NCBI GenBank assembly: GCA_964036045.1
Contig: OZ038379.1
Span: 17,174,001 to 17,238,000, forward strand
From: Eutreptiella sp. 'Long Island Sound 2002'
Taxonomy: Eukaryota > Protista > Euglenida
Length of the DNA: 64,000 nt
Reading direction: 5' to 3'
Shown in pieces: positions 12,892 to 24,710 of this stretch. Numbering within the stretch: position 1 is the first letter of the stretch; each line of letters begins with the position of its first letter. The notes under the pieces were generated by a model. That model searched no databases, was not told where the DNA came from, and saw only the letters and a program-made list of their open reading frames with translations. A program made the translations under genes and the position numbers.

Positions 12892-13052
12892 CTTTCCCTT
12901 TTGACAGCAACAGACTTTCCCTTTTGACAGCAACAGACTTTCCCTTTTGACAGCAACAGACTTTCCCTTTTGACAGCAACAGACTTTCCCTTTTGACAGC
13001 AACAGACTTTCCCTTTTGACAGCAACAGACTTTCCCTTTTGACAGCAACAGA
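12892..13052. repeat. Perfect 23-bp minisatellite x7 (CTTTCCCTTTTGACAGCAACAGA) in NhaC intron 2
   Basis: Units start at 12892, 12915, 12938, 12961, 12984, 13007, 13030; no spacers. Confidence 0.95.
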
Positions 13053-13165
13053 GTGCCAAATGGGGGGGGGGGGGGCTGTGCCGAGCGGCCCCACAGTCCT
13101 GCAGCCGACGATATGGAGCGGGGTCCGGCAGTGGTCTTGGGCCCCCTGTCCCCACAGCCCCACAC

Positions 13166-13687
13166 CTGCAGCCCCGCCACGTTGGCCACTGCAGCGTCGG
13201 GCTGGGGCTGAGGGGGTCGTAGTACTGCAGGCGGCTCATGACCCACGTCGTCGCGCTGCCCGCGAACGACGCCCACATCAGCGCCAGGTACGAGTCGCCG
13301 TTGCCAAAGATGTCGGCGGCGGTCACGGGCCCCCCCGCGTCGACGGTCGCGTGGTACCCCGTCAGCACGAGCCCCAGCAACACGCAGACGACGGTCACGA
13401 GGATGGGCACACAGCCGTTCCACCAGCACAACGGCACCTGCGCCGGGGGCTCCAGGGCCCGGTCGGCGGGGTCGGCCCCCTCAGGCTCGGCGGCGCGGTA
13501 GGCGGCGGCCGGCCCCTTCCCCTGCGCGCGCTGCTCGGCCTCGAGCATGGGCCCGAACTCTTTCTCGAGGAGGAGCATCACGAAGACGAACAGGAGCATC
13601 GCGATCGGGTAGAACCGGCTGGGGATCGTCTGGACGAAGACTGTGAAGCCGCTGCCCAGCCCCGCCGCAGTCAATGACTCGGTGTAC
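13166..13687 (-). CDS. nhaC: NhaC-family antiporter, exon 2
   Basis: Acceptor GACAG|G, donor TGCAG|GTGTGG. Encodes FVQTIPSRFYPIAMLLFV...EFGPMLEAE...DIFGNGDSYLALMWASF, in frame with exons 1 and 3. Confidence 0.88.
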
Positions 13688-15107
13688 CTGTCGGCAGCGG
13701 GACGGGGGCAACCCATGCTCACGTGTACGAAGGGGCTATCGGAGGGGCCGGCCTGTACGCGGGCCTGCACACGCGGTGCAATGTAGAGCCACCAGAACCT
13801 GCCAGTCAACCGCTTTTCCAACCGCCACATTCGCACCAGCTCTTGAAACTCCCCTTCATCCCCCCCCCCTCAGGCAGATCCCTGCTCCGCCCCCGCCCCC
13901 CTGGTTTCCAGGAGCTCCCTGAGCTCGGACAATTCAGCTGCTGCAACTCAAGCAACAGCGGAGGGTGGATGGGAGGGTGGGCTGGAACCGATCATCACCT
14001 CCAGTTCTCCCTTCCAAGCACATCCCTTGGGCCGCAAAAAAGGTCAGGTATGGACCCGCCACTTTGCTCCGGCCGTGCCTGCCTTCACACGGCCTTCCTT
14101 GTCTTCCCAGTTCACAGCGTGTTCGACGCGCCGGTTGTCCACTGGCGCATTGTGCTTCTCCCGACCCTCCCTGACTTGGCAAGAGACAGGGGGCCTTCTG
14201 GTTCACGGCTCTTACGCCGGGTCACGCGTTGGGAATGTTCCGAGCTCGGTCGTGGCGTACATGCGGTGCTCCATGTGCGTTTGCTCTGATCTTGGGGTGT
14301 GTTTGCCTATGCGGGGCTCACTCGGCCAGACACAGGTGAACCATACGTTCAGGCTCACATGGGCATGGGGGACCTGGGGGAAGGATCGGGGGGGCGGGGG
14401 GGGGGAGCGCGGCTTCAAGGCAGAGCACCGCCAGCGGATTTGACGTCACTTGGTCTGCGGACGGCGGTGTTCGTGGAAACACGTGATCCAGATCCAGTGC
14501 GCGCCAAAGTGAAGCCGATTCAACAGAGAGCGACGACATTTGGTTGGGCCCCCCTCTTTGTCTTCAGGGCCTGTGGCACGCTGACTGCGGGACAGCGGCC
14601 CATCGGGAATGGAAAGGGGTGTGGGACTGCCAGTGGCCCGCCATGAAGACCGGCCTTGCGTCTGGGCCCAGGTCACGCTCCAGCTAGCCCCCCCCGAAGG
14701 AACTCTGAGCTATTGCACGTGTGCACAAGAGGCAGTCAGCACAAAGCGCAGAAAGAAATTTGGCTCGTCAGTGGCCTACAAGCCTACAAGCCTACAGCCC
14801 CCCCCCCCCCCCCCCCCAAAAGAAAGTGGCAGACCCGGGTACGCCGGCGAGCCCTCTTACGGGACTTCTCTGAGAAGTATCAGAGCTCTCCAATGTCACA
14901 CTTGTCCCTCGAAGCAACGGGACACCGGACTGACTACGTGGTGACGATGTGCTGCATCTGCCCCGCGTTGGGGGTGTACCACGCACCTCCACCCCTCGTG
15001 CATTGCACTCACTCTGAGGCCCCATGGGGGGGGCACCGTGCACTGCGTGCGTCCTGCGCGCAGCACACCCCATGTCCCCAAGGCCCCCCCGCCGGACCAT
15101 CCCATAC

Positions 15108-16048
15108 CCCATTTCCCGCAACGTCTTCAACTGCTCATCGATCAGCCCCACTTCGAATCCGATCCAGGAGCTGACCGGGACCAGCGACGCGATGGGGGCG
15201 GCCGTGCAGTCCACGAGGAACGCCAGCTTCTCCCGACTGATCAGGAACCCGTCCGCCACGGGCCGCAGCGTGTTCCCCAGCAGCACTGTGTTGGCGTAGT
15301 CGTCGAAGAACACGGCCAGCCCGAGCGCGAAGATCGCGAGCTGCATCCCGCGCCGCGTCGTGACGCACCGCGTGATCGCCCGGGCCATGCCCTGGCCGCC
15401 CCCCGACCGCTGGATCACGGCCACCATCCCCACGAGGCACCACGAGAACGCGATGACCTTCGCGTGGCTCGCGTCGGCCATGGAGGCGATCACGTAGGTG
15501 TCCACGGTGCGCAGGACGGCCACCAAGACGTTGCCCTGGTGGATGATGCTGGCGGCCACGAAGATCCCCACGAATAGTGCCCAGAGCACTTCACGCGTGA
15601 CCACCGCCACGACGACGACGGAAATCGGGGGCAGCAGCGACAGCCATCCGGGGATGCAGTACACGGGGTACTCCGTGACGCTGGCGCCGGACATATCAGC
15701 AACGTAGCTAAGCCTGACCTGCAGAGTAACGGGGCCCGTGTCGTGCAGCTTGACTCCGCTGAGGCTGAGGCTGGTGGTGAGGCCATCCTCAGTGTACACC
15801 GCCGAACTGGAATTGATCAGCCGTTGAGTGCGATTGGTCGCGTCGGTGAGGACCACCTCAGCGTACAGCCGACTGGCGGCCGGCAACGGCGCCGTTGGAT
15901 ACGCCAAAGCCACAGGCACCTCGAAGCCGATGCCCCACAACACCACTCGTGGCTTGGACCCGGTGAACGACGCGGTCGGGGCACTGCCCACTGGTACAGC
16001 CCCAAATAACAGCAGCGACCAGGCGCATACGAAAAGAAGTAGCCTCAT
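15108..16048 (-). CDS. nhaC: NhaC-family Na+/H+ antiporter, exon 1 (signal peptide, soluble domain, first TM helices)
   Basis: MRLLLFVCAWSLLL...FFDDYANTVLLGNTLRPVADGFLISREKLAFLVDCTAAPIASLVPVSSWIGFEVG. Phase-2 donor GG|GTATGG at 15107. Confidence 0.9.
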
Positions 16049-17388
16049 GGGTCATAGGCCCTGACGAGGAGCGGACGTGCAGGACACAGGCTGAGCAGAG
16101 GGACGTCGTAAACCCAACGGGGCGGTGCGGTCAACCCACGCTCCGCAGGGCTCGAACCTGAGAACTGCCTTAGAGGGTGCTGCACTCGCGCCGTGCAGAC
16201 CGTGCACGTCGCGCACATCAGAGGACGTGATGTGTTAGGGTAACAAATGCCACAAATCTCCTCCTACCAAAGGTGGTGGTGCTCACGTTGATGGCCATGG
16301 GCCACGACCATGACTCACAACTCATAATCCAATGCTGTGTGTGTGTGTTTGGGGGGGGGTACAAGTGATTCACCGTCAATGGCGATGGCAGACAATTGAG
16401 GCCTCATGCAGGTCCAAAGTGCTCCACATGCGCACATCCTGGTATGCACATACAGCAATGTTCGGCAGTCCTCTCGGCTGATTCACAGAGCTTGTGTTCC
16501 ACAGGGCACTGGACTTAATGCACAGCTTCTTATGGTGTGGCGTCTACCGGTTGCCTGCTGACCGTGTTTTGTCGGCAACACAGCTGGCCTCCATCCCACC
16601 ACGTGTTGACCTGTGCGGCTGTCCCATGACAGACAACTGGGGAAGGTGTGATCAAAGACTAGCCCATATGGTCCATGGACACATGAGTACAGAGGTAACG
16701 CCGATGAAAAACACTCAACCAATGTACCCCCCCCTTGTCCCCCTCCCCACAGCAACACGTTCCCCCGCCGCCCTTTACCCCCCAGGACAGGACGAACATG
16801 GAGAGCCCAGAGGAAACTGGGCTGGGGAAAGGGAAACACAAGGAGAGGTAACAGGGCAGGGCAGACCGCGCTCGCCGAAAATGGTGCAGAGCGCAGAAGG
16901 AGGCAAAGGAAAAGATAAAGGGGAAAGAATCATTGTGGTTGTTAGAAGCCCCTGTCGAGAAAATTATCCTGCAGATGCACACACCAGCGTGCACAAGTCA
17001 GTGCTGGATTCCGCAAACCCAGACCGGACTCGGAGTGTGCATCTGGATGTACTCGGTCAACGGCACAGGCAACAGCCTGTCTCTGGGACAGCCAACCCCG
17101 GAGTAGTCAAACAGGACAAGTCATCCAGGGGATCCATTGATACAACCAAAACACATTCAGACCCACAGAGGGTCGGAATGTACAGTGGCAAGAGGCCAAT
17201 AGGCGCCGCCAACAAAGGCAAACAGACCAAATCCATGGCCTGATGCCAACCCCCCCCTCCCCTTGTCCGAACACGGGCCAGGTTCAGTAAAAGTGTGGAA
17301 ACATGGGGTCACGGTGTTTGCGCGCAACACATACCACAGAACACACGTTGCAGACATAAGCCAACCCAAACCCTCAAAACACAACAAT

Positions 17389-18087
17389 GGGGGAGTGTTT
17401 GCCCGGCGCGCGCCCGGCACGCTACTTTTCTATTAACTATCCCGACTTTAATTCCAGATTTACCCTCTCATGGATAAGCCCCCCGAGTAGACCACGTTGC
17501 ACTGCACACCTTCCCTACAAAGCACGTTGCATAATAAAGCAGTAGCTGTGAATTTAACCACTCCAACTGTCATTTGTATTGTACTTAACAAACAACATTG
17601 CTCCCACAGCATTCTCCTGCATTCTCGGGGATCCCCAAACAAAGGGGGACAAAATCAGAAGGGCCTACTAAAAGCGTAACGATGATTGTCCCGGTTTCCT
17701 CAATAGCACCGGAAGGTTGGGGCCCAAAAGAGGGCAGAAATGCTGTGTCACCCCTGCATTCTCGGGGATCCCCAAACAAAGGGGGACAAAATCAGAAATG
17801 GCTGCCTCACCCTGCCTTCTCGGGGGCCCAAAAGAGAGCGGAAATGCTATGTCACCCCTGCATTCTCGGGGGTCCCCAACAAAGGGGACAAAATCAGATC
17901 TCAAAACCTACGCTAGGGGTAACAATGATGCCCCTAGTATCTCAAAGTATGGGTCTCTAGTACGGCCAGACACCCAAATAGCTGCATTGCGCTAAGTGCG
18001 CCCCCTTAGTGCACCCCCTAAAAGGTCACAGGTGGGACAGGGGTCAAAAAAGATGCCCGGCGCGCGTCCGGCGCGCTAATGCTCCCC
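17389..18087. mobile_element. MITE family copy 2 (699 bp)
   Basis: Ends GGGGGAGTGTT / AATGCTCCCC, TSD AAT/AAT, 25-bp inner direct repeats (23/25 identical). Long homology to 46116-46938. Confidence 0.8.
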
Positions 18088-18187
18088 AATACAAAGCATT
18101 TGTCCTCATGTGCGCAACTGAGGTACCAATCAGGTGCTTGCATTCTGAATGACAGGCACCCAACAGCGCCCCCCGCCAACATTGCAC

Positions 18188-18380
18188 CTAATCTTGGAGC
18201 TGGACAACTTCATTCCATTCGGGAAAATGGCTTTCACATGAGCGCAATTCATCATCCGTGATGGAAGCCCATGCCTTTTCCATCAATTGCTCAAAATGAG
18301 ACATCTCACGGACAGCATTAGTGTCCTTTAATTTTTCACACCCACACTTTGACACCCAAATTGACCAGTCTTGTAGCTTG
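18188..18380 (-). pseudogene. Possible C-terminal fragment of an IS630/Tc1-type transposase
   Basis: FEQLMEKAWASITDDELRSCESHFPEW resembles the AWxxI C-terminal helix of Tc1/IS630 transposases; no catalytic motifs seen. Confidence 0.3.
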
Positions 18381-18399
18381 CACAAAACCACAAACCACA

Positions 18400-18523
18400 A
18401 TATTAGTATTAGTATTGGAACCACAAAAAGCTTGGTTTCAAAAAAAGCCCCAAAAATGTGGATATTAGTATTAGTATTGGAACCACAAAAAGCTTGGTTT
18501 CAAAAAAAGCCCCAAAAATGTGG
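18400..18523. repeat. Perfect 62-bp tandem duplication
   Basis: ATATTAGTATTAGTATTGGAACCACAAAAAGCTTGG...AAATGTGG at 18400 and 18462. Confidence 0.9.
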
Positions 18524-21500
18524 AAACGTGGGGTCGCCATGTTAGGACAAGCACATGTAAGAAAGAAAGGGGGGGGTGGGATGCCCACCACATATGCTGC
18601 TTCCCCACATTTGGCTGATATAAAGACATGTGTCACTCTGGTTGCTAATGTTGACTCACGGTTCGAGCCAAAGGGATGCAGTCCCCCTGATTTTCAGATC
18701 GGGGGTTTAGAAAAGCATTGAACAGAAGGATTGGAGACCATGGGCGTGTCTACATCGAGGTGTTCAGCCCAGCAGTCGCTGAAGCATTGCACAACATCGA
18801 CAATTCTCGAAGCAGCCGTGGTTATAGGAGTACTCGTCACCCTTTGTCACATCCAACCACCAGAAACGCCATCCAAAACACCGCAAACCGTTTTCATCGT
18901 CAATTCCTCACCGTCGGGAGTACGGTTGTAGCCCCCCTCCTCTGGCACCCCAGCTACTTCCCCTTCAGAGAGCAGAGCCCCAGCACGTCGGCTGTGTTGC
19001 ATCCACATTTCACTGCAGAATTGCTCCGTGGAACACATGATGCACTTGAAACAGGTTTGCACTCAGAGTCACTACCGCAGACCAGGACGGATCCATTGGG
19101 TGACAGGACACAGGGCAGGTGTGGCCCCACCTGCAGTCTGTCCCCACGCAAACGGGCCACCGAAGTGTCATCCTCACACCCCGTACCCCGTCCTCCCCTT
19201 GATTCGCATTAGTATCCAGGACCTTTACAGGCCAGTGCCCTCCTCCCCTTGAATAGCGCCCCACAATGTGTGACGGTGCCCCCCCCCCCCCCCCGCCCGG
19301 GGAGTGGTTGCCATCAAAGGCTAAGTAAGTCTGCCGGTGCCTACTTCAGCTGTACACACTGGTTTGGTTTTGAGAAATCAGTTGTGACACTGATTGTCCC
19401 AAGCCGTTGGAGGAAACGTATTTTTGGCTGGGGAGAGTGGGACAGTTGTCCCTTTGCTCACACGCGCTGCTTCTGCCCCTTGGCGTCCCGGGGCCAGGGA
19501 GGGTATGGAATTCCACAGGGCGCCAACATGAAGCAGAAAAGCCTGTCGCCATAACAACATGGAATGCCCTACTAACGCACCACTCCCCGACAGCACAGTT
19601 CAAGGGGCGCCGTGAATCCTTTTGAAACACCACCAGCATTCTGGTGTCCCTTGCGTTACCACCGATGGCGTCGAGTTCACTGGTCTCCAAGCAGGCTGCA
19701 TCTGCGTTCATCGGCACACAACGTTCGTCCGCCGCATGGACGGCTTCAGGGGGGCCCTTCTGATAGAAGACTATTCAAAGGGTAGTCCGAAATTTTGGCA
19801 GTTCTTTGCTGCACCAGTCCAGCCCCAGCCCTGATCCCGCCCCTTTTAGTCTTTCGTTTACCCTTTTTAGTCTTTCGTGTGATGACAGTACCAGGGCATA
19901 CCTGTAAATGCACCACCGCACGCCACCTCTGTAGAAGCATCAATGTGGACGTTACCAGCACGTGCTTCCGCCTCCTTGCGGTAAATGGCGCTGAACATGC
20001 TCTTGAGTAGACTCATCAGCACTGCTACCAACGTCGGTATCAGATTCAGACGCGCCGGCAGATAAGGAGGGCGTGAGGTGGGAGGTCTATTGAATCAGCG
20101 TGTCGGCGTGCCAAGGGAGCAGAGGGCACAGCATACGGGTCGTCCCAACATTGAACCCTCCGCAAGCTGTAATAGTTTCAGGCAGGCACAGCATGAAGGC
20201 ATGCATAATCTGTCTGTGAGTCGTCAGTGAATCTTCAGTGATTCGTCAGTGTCTTGCACTTGCTGTCTGTCTCTGTCTCTCTTTCTGTCTCTCTCTCTCT
20301 CTCCCTCCCTCTCTCTTTCTGCAAGACGATGTAGCCATGGTGCGTGGGCCGGGGGACGGGGTGCTGGTTCCTGGGGTTGCCAAGAGCCACCAAAATCCAA
20401 GCTGTGAAGGCAACAGGACTTCAACAAGTATTGGCCGGTAAAGACGCTTCAACCGGCGCAGGGCTCAGCCACAGGTCCCAAACACCGCCCGAAAGCCTAC
20501 CCCAAAATTGTGGGTTCTTGGCTGCGTTTTGATGGTTGGAGATCTGCTCAGTCGTGCGCTGGCACATCAGCGAGTGGTCCTCAGGCGCAGGACTCATGCT
20601 CCAAAGTTCACACTGACCCTGGGGACGGTCTCAAATGTCTTGTCACCTGGTGTCAATCGCCCCCCCACAACGTGGACAGTAGATGGACAGTCGACGATGA
20701 AGGCCGTGGGCGTGGGGAGCAGGCACGGTTGGAGTCTAATGAGGACATTGCAACCTGATCAGATCGATGCCCCCAACGCGGAGGCCTATCACCGCCAGGG
20801 GAGTGGACGCCATGGGGGGCATGAGGCTGCATACATGAACGGTGGTACGTCTCTCATCCCCCCCTCCGCCTTTTCCACGCTGGAGGGACTTTACCCTGTG
20901 AAAAGGCATTGTGTTTGACATCGCATGCACTGGCCCGTTGTGTTGTTGCCTGTGTCGCCTCCCGCCACACCGCCGTCCACCGGTGGTCTGTAGTATACAG
21001 CACAGGACGGGGGGGGGGGGGGGGCAGACTGAGTTTGGGCTGATCAGGGGATTTTTGGACAGATTAAGAGGGATGGGGACTGGACAAGCCGGGCTTCTGG
21101 GGAGAACGGGGTCGGGGGTGGGGGGTGAGGCTGCCCTGTTGTCTGTTGTGGTACACACACACATATATATCCAACAGGGCAATTTCAGCCGCGTCCACAT
21201 GTAGTACATGCGGTGGGGTATATACACCCACATCTCGTTCACGAAACGCGGGGGTGCGAACAGTGCCATCATTCAGCACGTGGGCTGGTGGTGGTGAGAG
21301 TTGCAGAAGACCAACGTACAATGATCACAGGCCTCAGAGCTGAGGACATAGCCTCAACAGTGTTTCTCGTTATGGGCAGCCACTGCGCTGTCGACCAAAT
21401 ACCCTCAGGTCGAGGTGGCGAAGGGCCATGTGGTTGGCACGCAGTCTTACGGTTCTGCATGAACGGAGGAAGGACAACCCACCTTCCATGCCACAATGGG

Positions 21501-23624
21501 GCGACCCAGTGCCCCAGCCTAGAGCGCTGCCAATGATTGACCAAGAAACATAGCTCACACTTCGAAGAACAATGCGAGAGTAGGGGTAGACGTGTAGCAC
21601 TCACACAACACCTGCTGTGCACGACGGGACGAAAATGGGCCAATGGCGCCACGGTTTAAGGCATGGTGCTTAAGGGGGTTCTGTCTCCCACGCGCAATGA
21701 AATGGAAATTGAAGGGCATGTTTGACATTTTCGGCGAGATTGACCATCTGATCTGGTGACATTCAATGGCGCCTGCTCAGCATGCAGTGCTCAGAACCAT
21801 TGCAACCGTAGTAGCCACCCCACTTGGGACCCCAGTAGTTGCACCGCAAATCGCACGTACACTACGTCAGGTGCCCCGTGACGTGCGGCCATCACAAGAG
21901 TGCAGACTCAGCAGTGCAGGTCTCCAAGCAACTTTGGTCACAGGTCACAGGCAGGCCACCACGTCTTTGATTCTCAATGACAGCCCGTCAGCACAGACGG
22001 GTGGGTGCACACCCTCCAACCCACACACGCAACGGTTGCGCGTTCACCTGCAGATTGCATAGTCTTATGGCATTCCTCATGGCAACCCTGGCCCCTGCCA
22101 CCGCTGCCACGCACGTCACCACGCACGAGTTCGGCATGTGCCCTGGCAAGTCCCTGTGCTTCCGCAGGGACGGCGCAACAGTGACGCATCCGAGCAGCCA
22201 CAGCCCGTGTGCCATGAGGTACGCCACACCAGAGAATGCGCATGAAGACCGATACTGGGGGTAGGCTGCCGTGCTGTCTGAAGTCAGGCATGGGTGAGAC
22301 GCCATCGGTTGCGGGGGTGCCTGGCAGTGCGCTGTTCACTGATACTCCTAATGAGGCTGGGCAGCTGTTGATGGAGTGTCCAGCTGCCGCGCCAGACTTG
22401 AGTGCCATTGACGTTCCACAGGGCCCCACCAAACGTGAGGATTCCGGCCCCTGAGGCAGATGCTTCTTTACAACAGGATGGCTTGATGTGTCCCTGGCAC
22501 CGTCGCCTCCACGTGGGTGCTTATGAAAGATGTCTGCCCATTCTGGAGGCCCCGGGTCGTCTGGTTCCATGCACGCGCCAAACGCAACACGTGGCTTTGT
22601 TGACCACCACCGAAAAGCCGGACCATCGGGCTCTCGTGTCTTGTGTGATGACCTGCGTTTTCTAACGTGGCATCCTCATAACGGAATCCCGTGGATTCCG
22701 AGCTCATAACAAAGGCTGGACAGGGGTCTTTCCCGAGGGGACACCACAGTCACCAGAGCAACGGGTTGAAGCAGACAGTTTCCGGTACAGAAATTGATAG
22801 ACACCGTACCCCCGGCCGTTCCCCTTGCACAAGCACAGCCGAAGTCAGGGAGAGAAACGGTACGCAGACAGGGGTCCTGTGCTTGGACAACGCCATGCTG
22901 CCGCACCACACAAGCAAGCGGCTCTTGGGGGGCTTGGTCACATGATAGCGGCATTGGCTGAGCATCACGTCACAACAAAATAGATTTGGGTTGCAGACTC
23001 AAGCAGAAAAGAAGTGCTCGGGGCAGACACAACTGTTCACAGGCATGACCCGGCCCCTCTTGCCCACTACAACCGGCTCACAAACATCTCATCTCACGTT
23101 CTTGACCAAAGAACTGGCAGAAAAACAAAAGATTAGGCAGTGTCCCCATGCTTAGACAAGGCCGTGCTGGCGCAACGGGCCGCGTTAGGGGGTCAGAAAA
23201 CGAACTACCTCCAAAGGGATTGGGATCTGAAGTGTCGCTGGATCTGAAGTGGCGTAGTTGACAAAAAAAAAACAACTAAACGAGCGAGACCACATCCGCT
23301 CTGCGATCCAGTCGTCGGACACGTTTATCGACTGCTCCTCTTCCTGCAGTTTTGGTCGGGGGTTGAAGCGCATCGCACATTCCTGTGCAACTGTAGACAG
23401 TGAAATGTGGCGACACATAAAAGTGGAATACTCTGCGTACTGTCGCACCTGTCGAGATCAGCTCGGGGGACCCTGAGAGCCTCTCGCAGCAATTGCCTGA
23501 TCAACGCAGTCGGTATCCACAGGGTCAGTGTGTCTCCAATGGGACCAGGTCAGAGCAGGGGCAGCCGTGCACTGACTTGAGCCTGTGCCTTCAACAGAAA
23601 TCTTCGGGAGGTTGCCGCTGCCTA

Positions 23625-23923
23625 TCACTTAGACTGCGGAGCCTTCAGCCCCGGGGGCTCCAGCCACGTCCCGAAGACCTTGTCCCAGATGACAAAGCAG
23701 TCGGCGTAGTTCCCACTGAAGGCATTGTGGTGGTGGTCGTGCATGGGGGCCCCGCCGTAAAATGGGATCAGGCGCCACACCCACAAATCATACCCTGAAT
23801 GGATCTCGATCGTGTACACGACGCGGAGGAAGGTCCACACGTACGCGGTGAACAGGTGGCACTGCATCAGGTACATGCCGGCGATGAGGGGCGTAACATC
23901 CACAAGAAGCAGCTCTGGTACAC
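23625..23923 (-). CDS. Sterol desaturase-like gene, exon 3 (last)
   Basis: Acceptor ATGCAG|GTGTA. Encodes IEIHSGY, MHDHHHNAFSGNYADCFVIWDKVFGT. Exons sum to 246+262+299=807 nt = 268 aa plus stop. Intron 2 is 14,579 bp. Confidence 0.9.
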
Positions 23924-24059
23924 CTGCATGTGGTGAACAGGCTCGCAGCCGTTCCTACTGCAATTAGCATTGCCATTCTCAGAGTCCTCGTCACGCCTGT
24001 GCTATTCCCTACCTATTCCAGCCCATGCCTACAGCCATCTCCACCAATCCTCAGCCTGA

Positions 24060-24410
24060 GCTGTGTTGTGTTGTGTTGTGTTGTGTTGTGTTGTGTTGTG
24101 TTGTGTTGTGTTGTGTTGTGCTGTGTTTTGTTGTGCTGTGCTGTGCTGTGTTGTGCTGTTCTATTCTGTGCTGTGCTGTGCTGCGGTGTGATGTGATGTG
24201 ATGTGCTGTGCTGTGCTGTGCTGTGCTGTTCTATTCTGTGCTGTGCTGTGCTGTGCTGTGCTGTGCTGTGCTGTGCTGTTCTATTCTGTGCTGTGCTGTG
24301 CTGTGCTGTGCTGTGCTGTGCTGTGCTGTGCTGTGCTGTGCTGTGCTGTGCTGTTCTATTCTGTGCTGTGCTGTGCTGTGATGTGATGTGATGTGATGTG
24401 ATGTGATGTG
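24060..24410. repeat. Compound pentanucleotide microsatellite (TGTGT)n(TGTGC)n(TGTGA)n
   Basis: Read directly; interspersed TCTAT variant. Confidence 0.97.
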
Positions 24411-24710
24411 CCGAAGGCGCTGTTACCGAAAGGCAAAGGCCGGGATGTCTACCCACGGGTACAGGTAAACGGGCTGGGCTGTGTGTGTTGTGTGCGCGCT
24501 GTGTGTAAGTGTGTTGTGGCATAGCCGGACCAGTGCACTCTCGCACTTGGCCGACACTGCCGTGCCGACGCCTGCGCGCAGTCACACAGGGTCTCATTTG
24601 CCCACTGCACCCTGCGTGCCGCGCTGCACCACCAGTGCCTTCTGTGTGGTGCACTCTGCTTGGTGCTCTGCACCACACTGCTCTGTGTGTGCCCTGCTGC
24701 ACTGTTGTCG

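Noticed and set aside
12892-13052. 23-bp repeats as a CRISPR array
   Set aside because: Head-to-tail with no spacers, no cas genes, eukaryotic intron.
16141-16185. tRNA gene on the - strand (CAGGTTCGAGCCCTG T-arm)
   Set aside because: Only a T-arm/B-box; no acceptor stem, D arm or anticodon arm.
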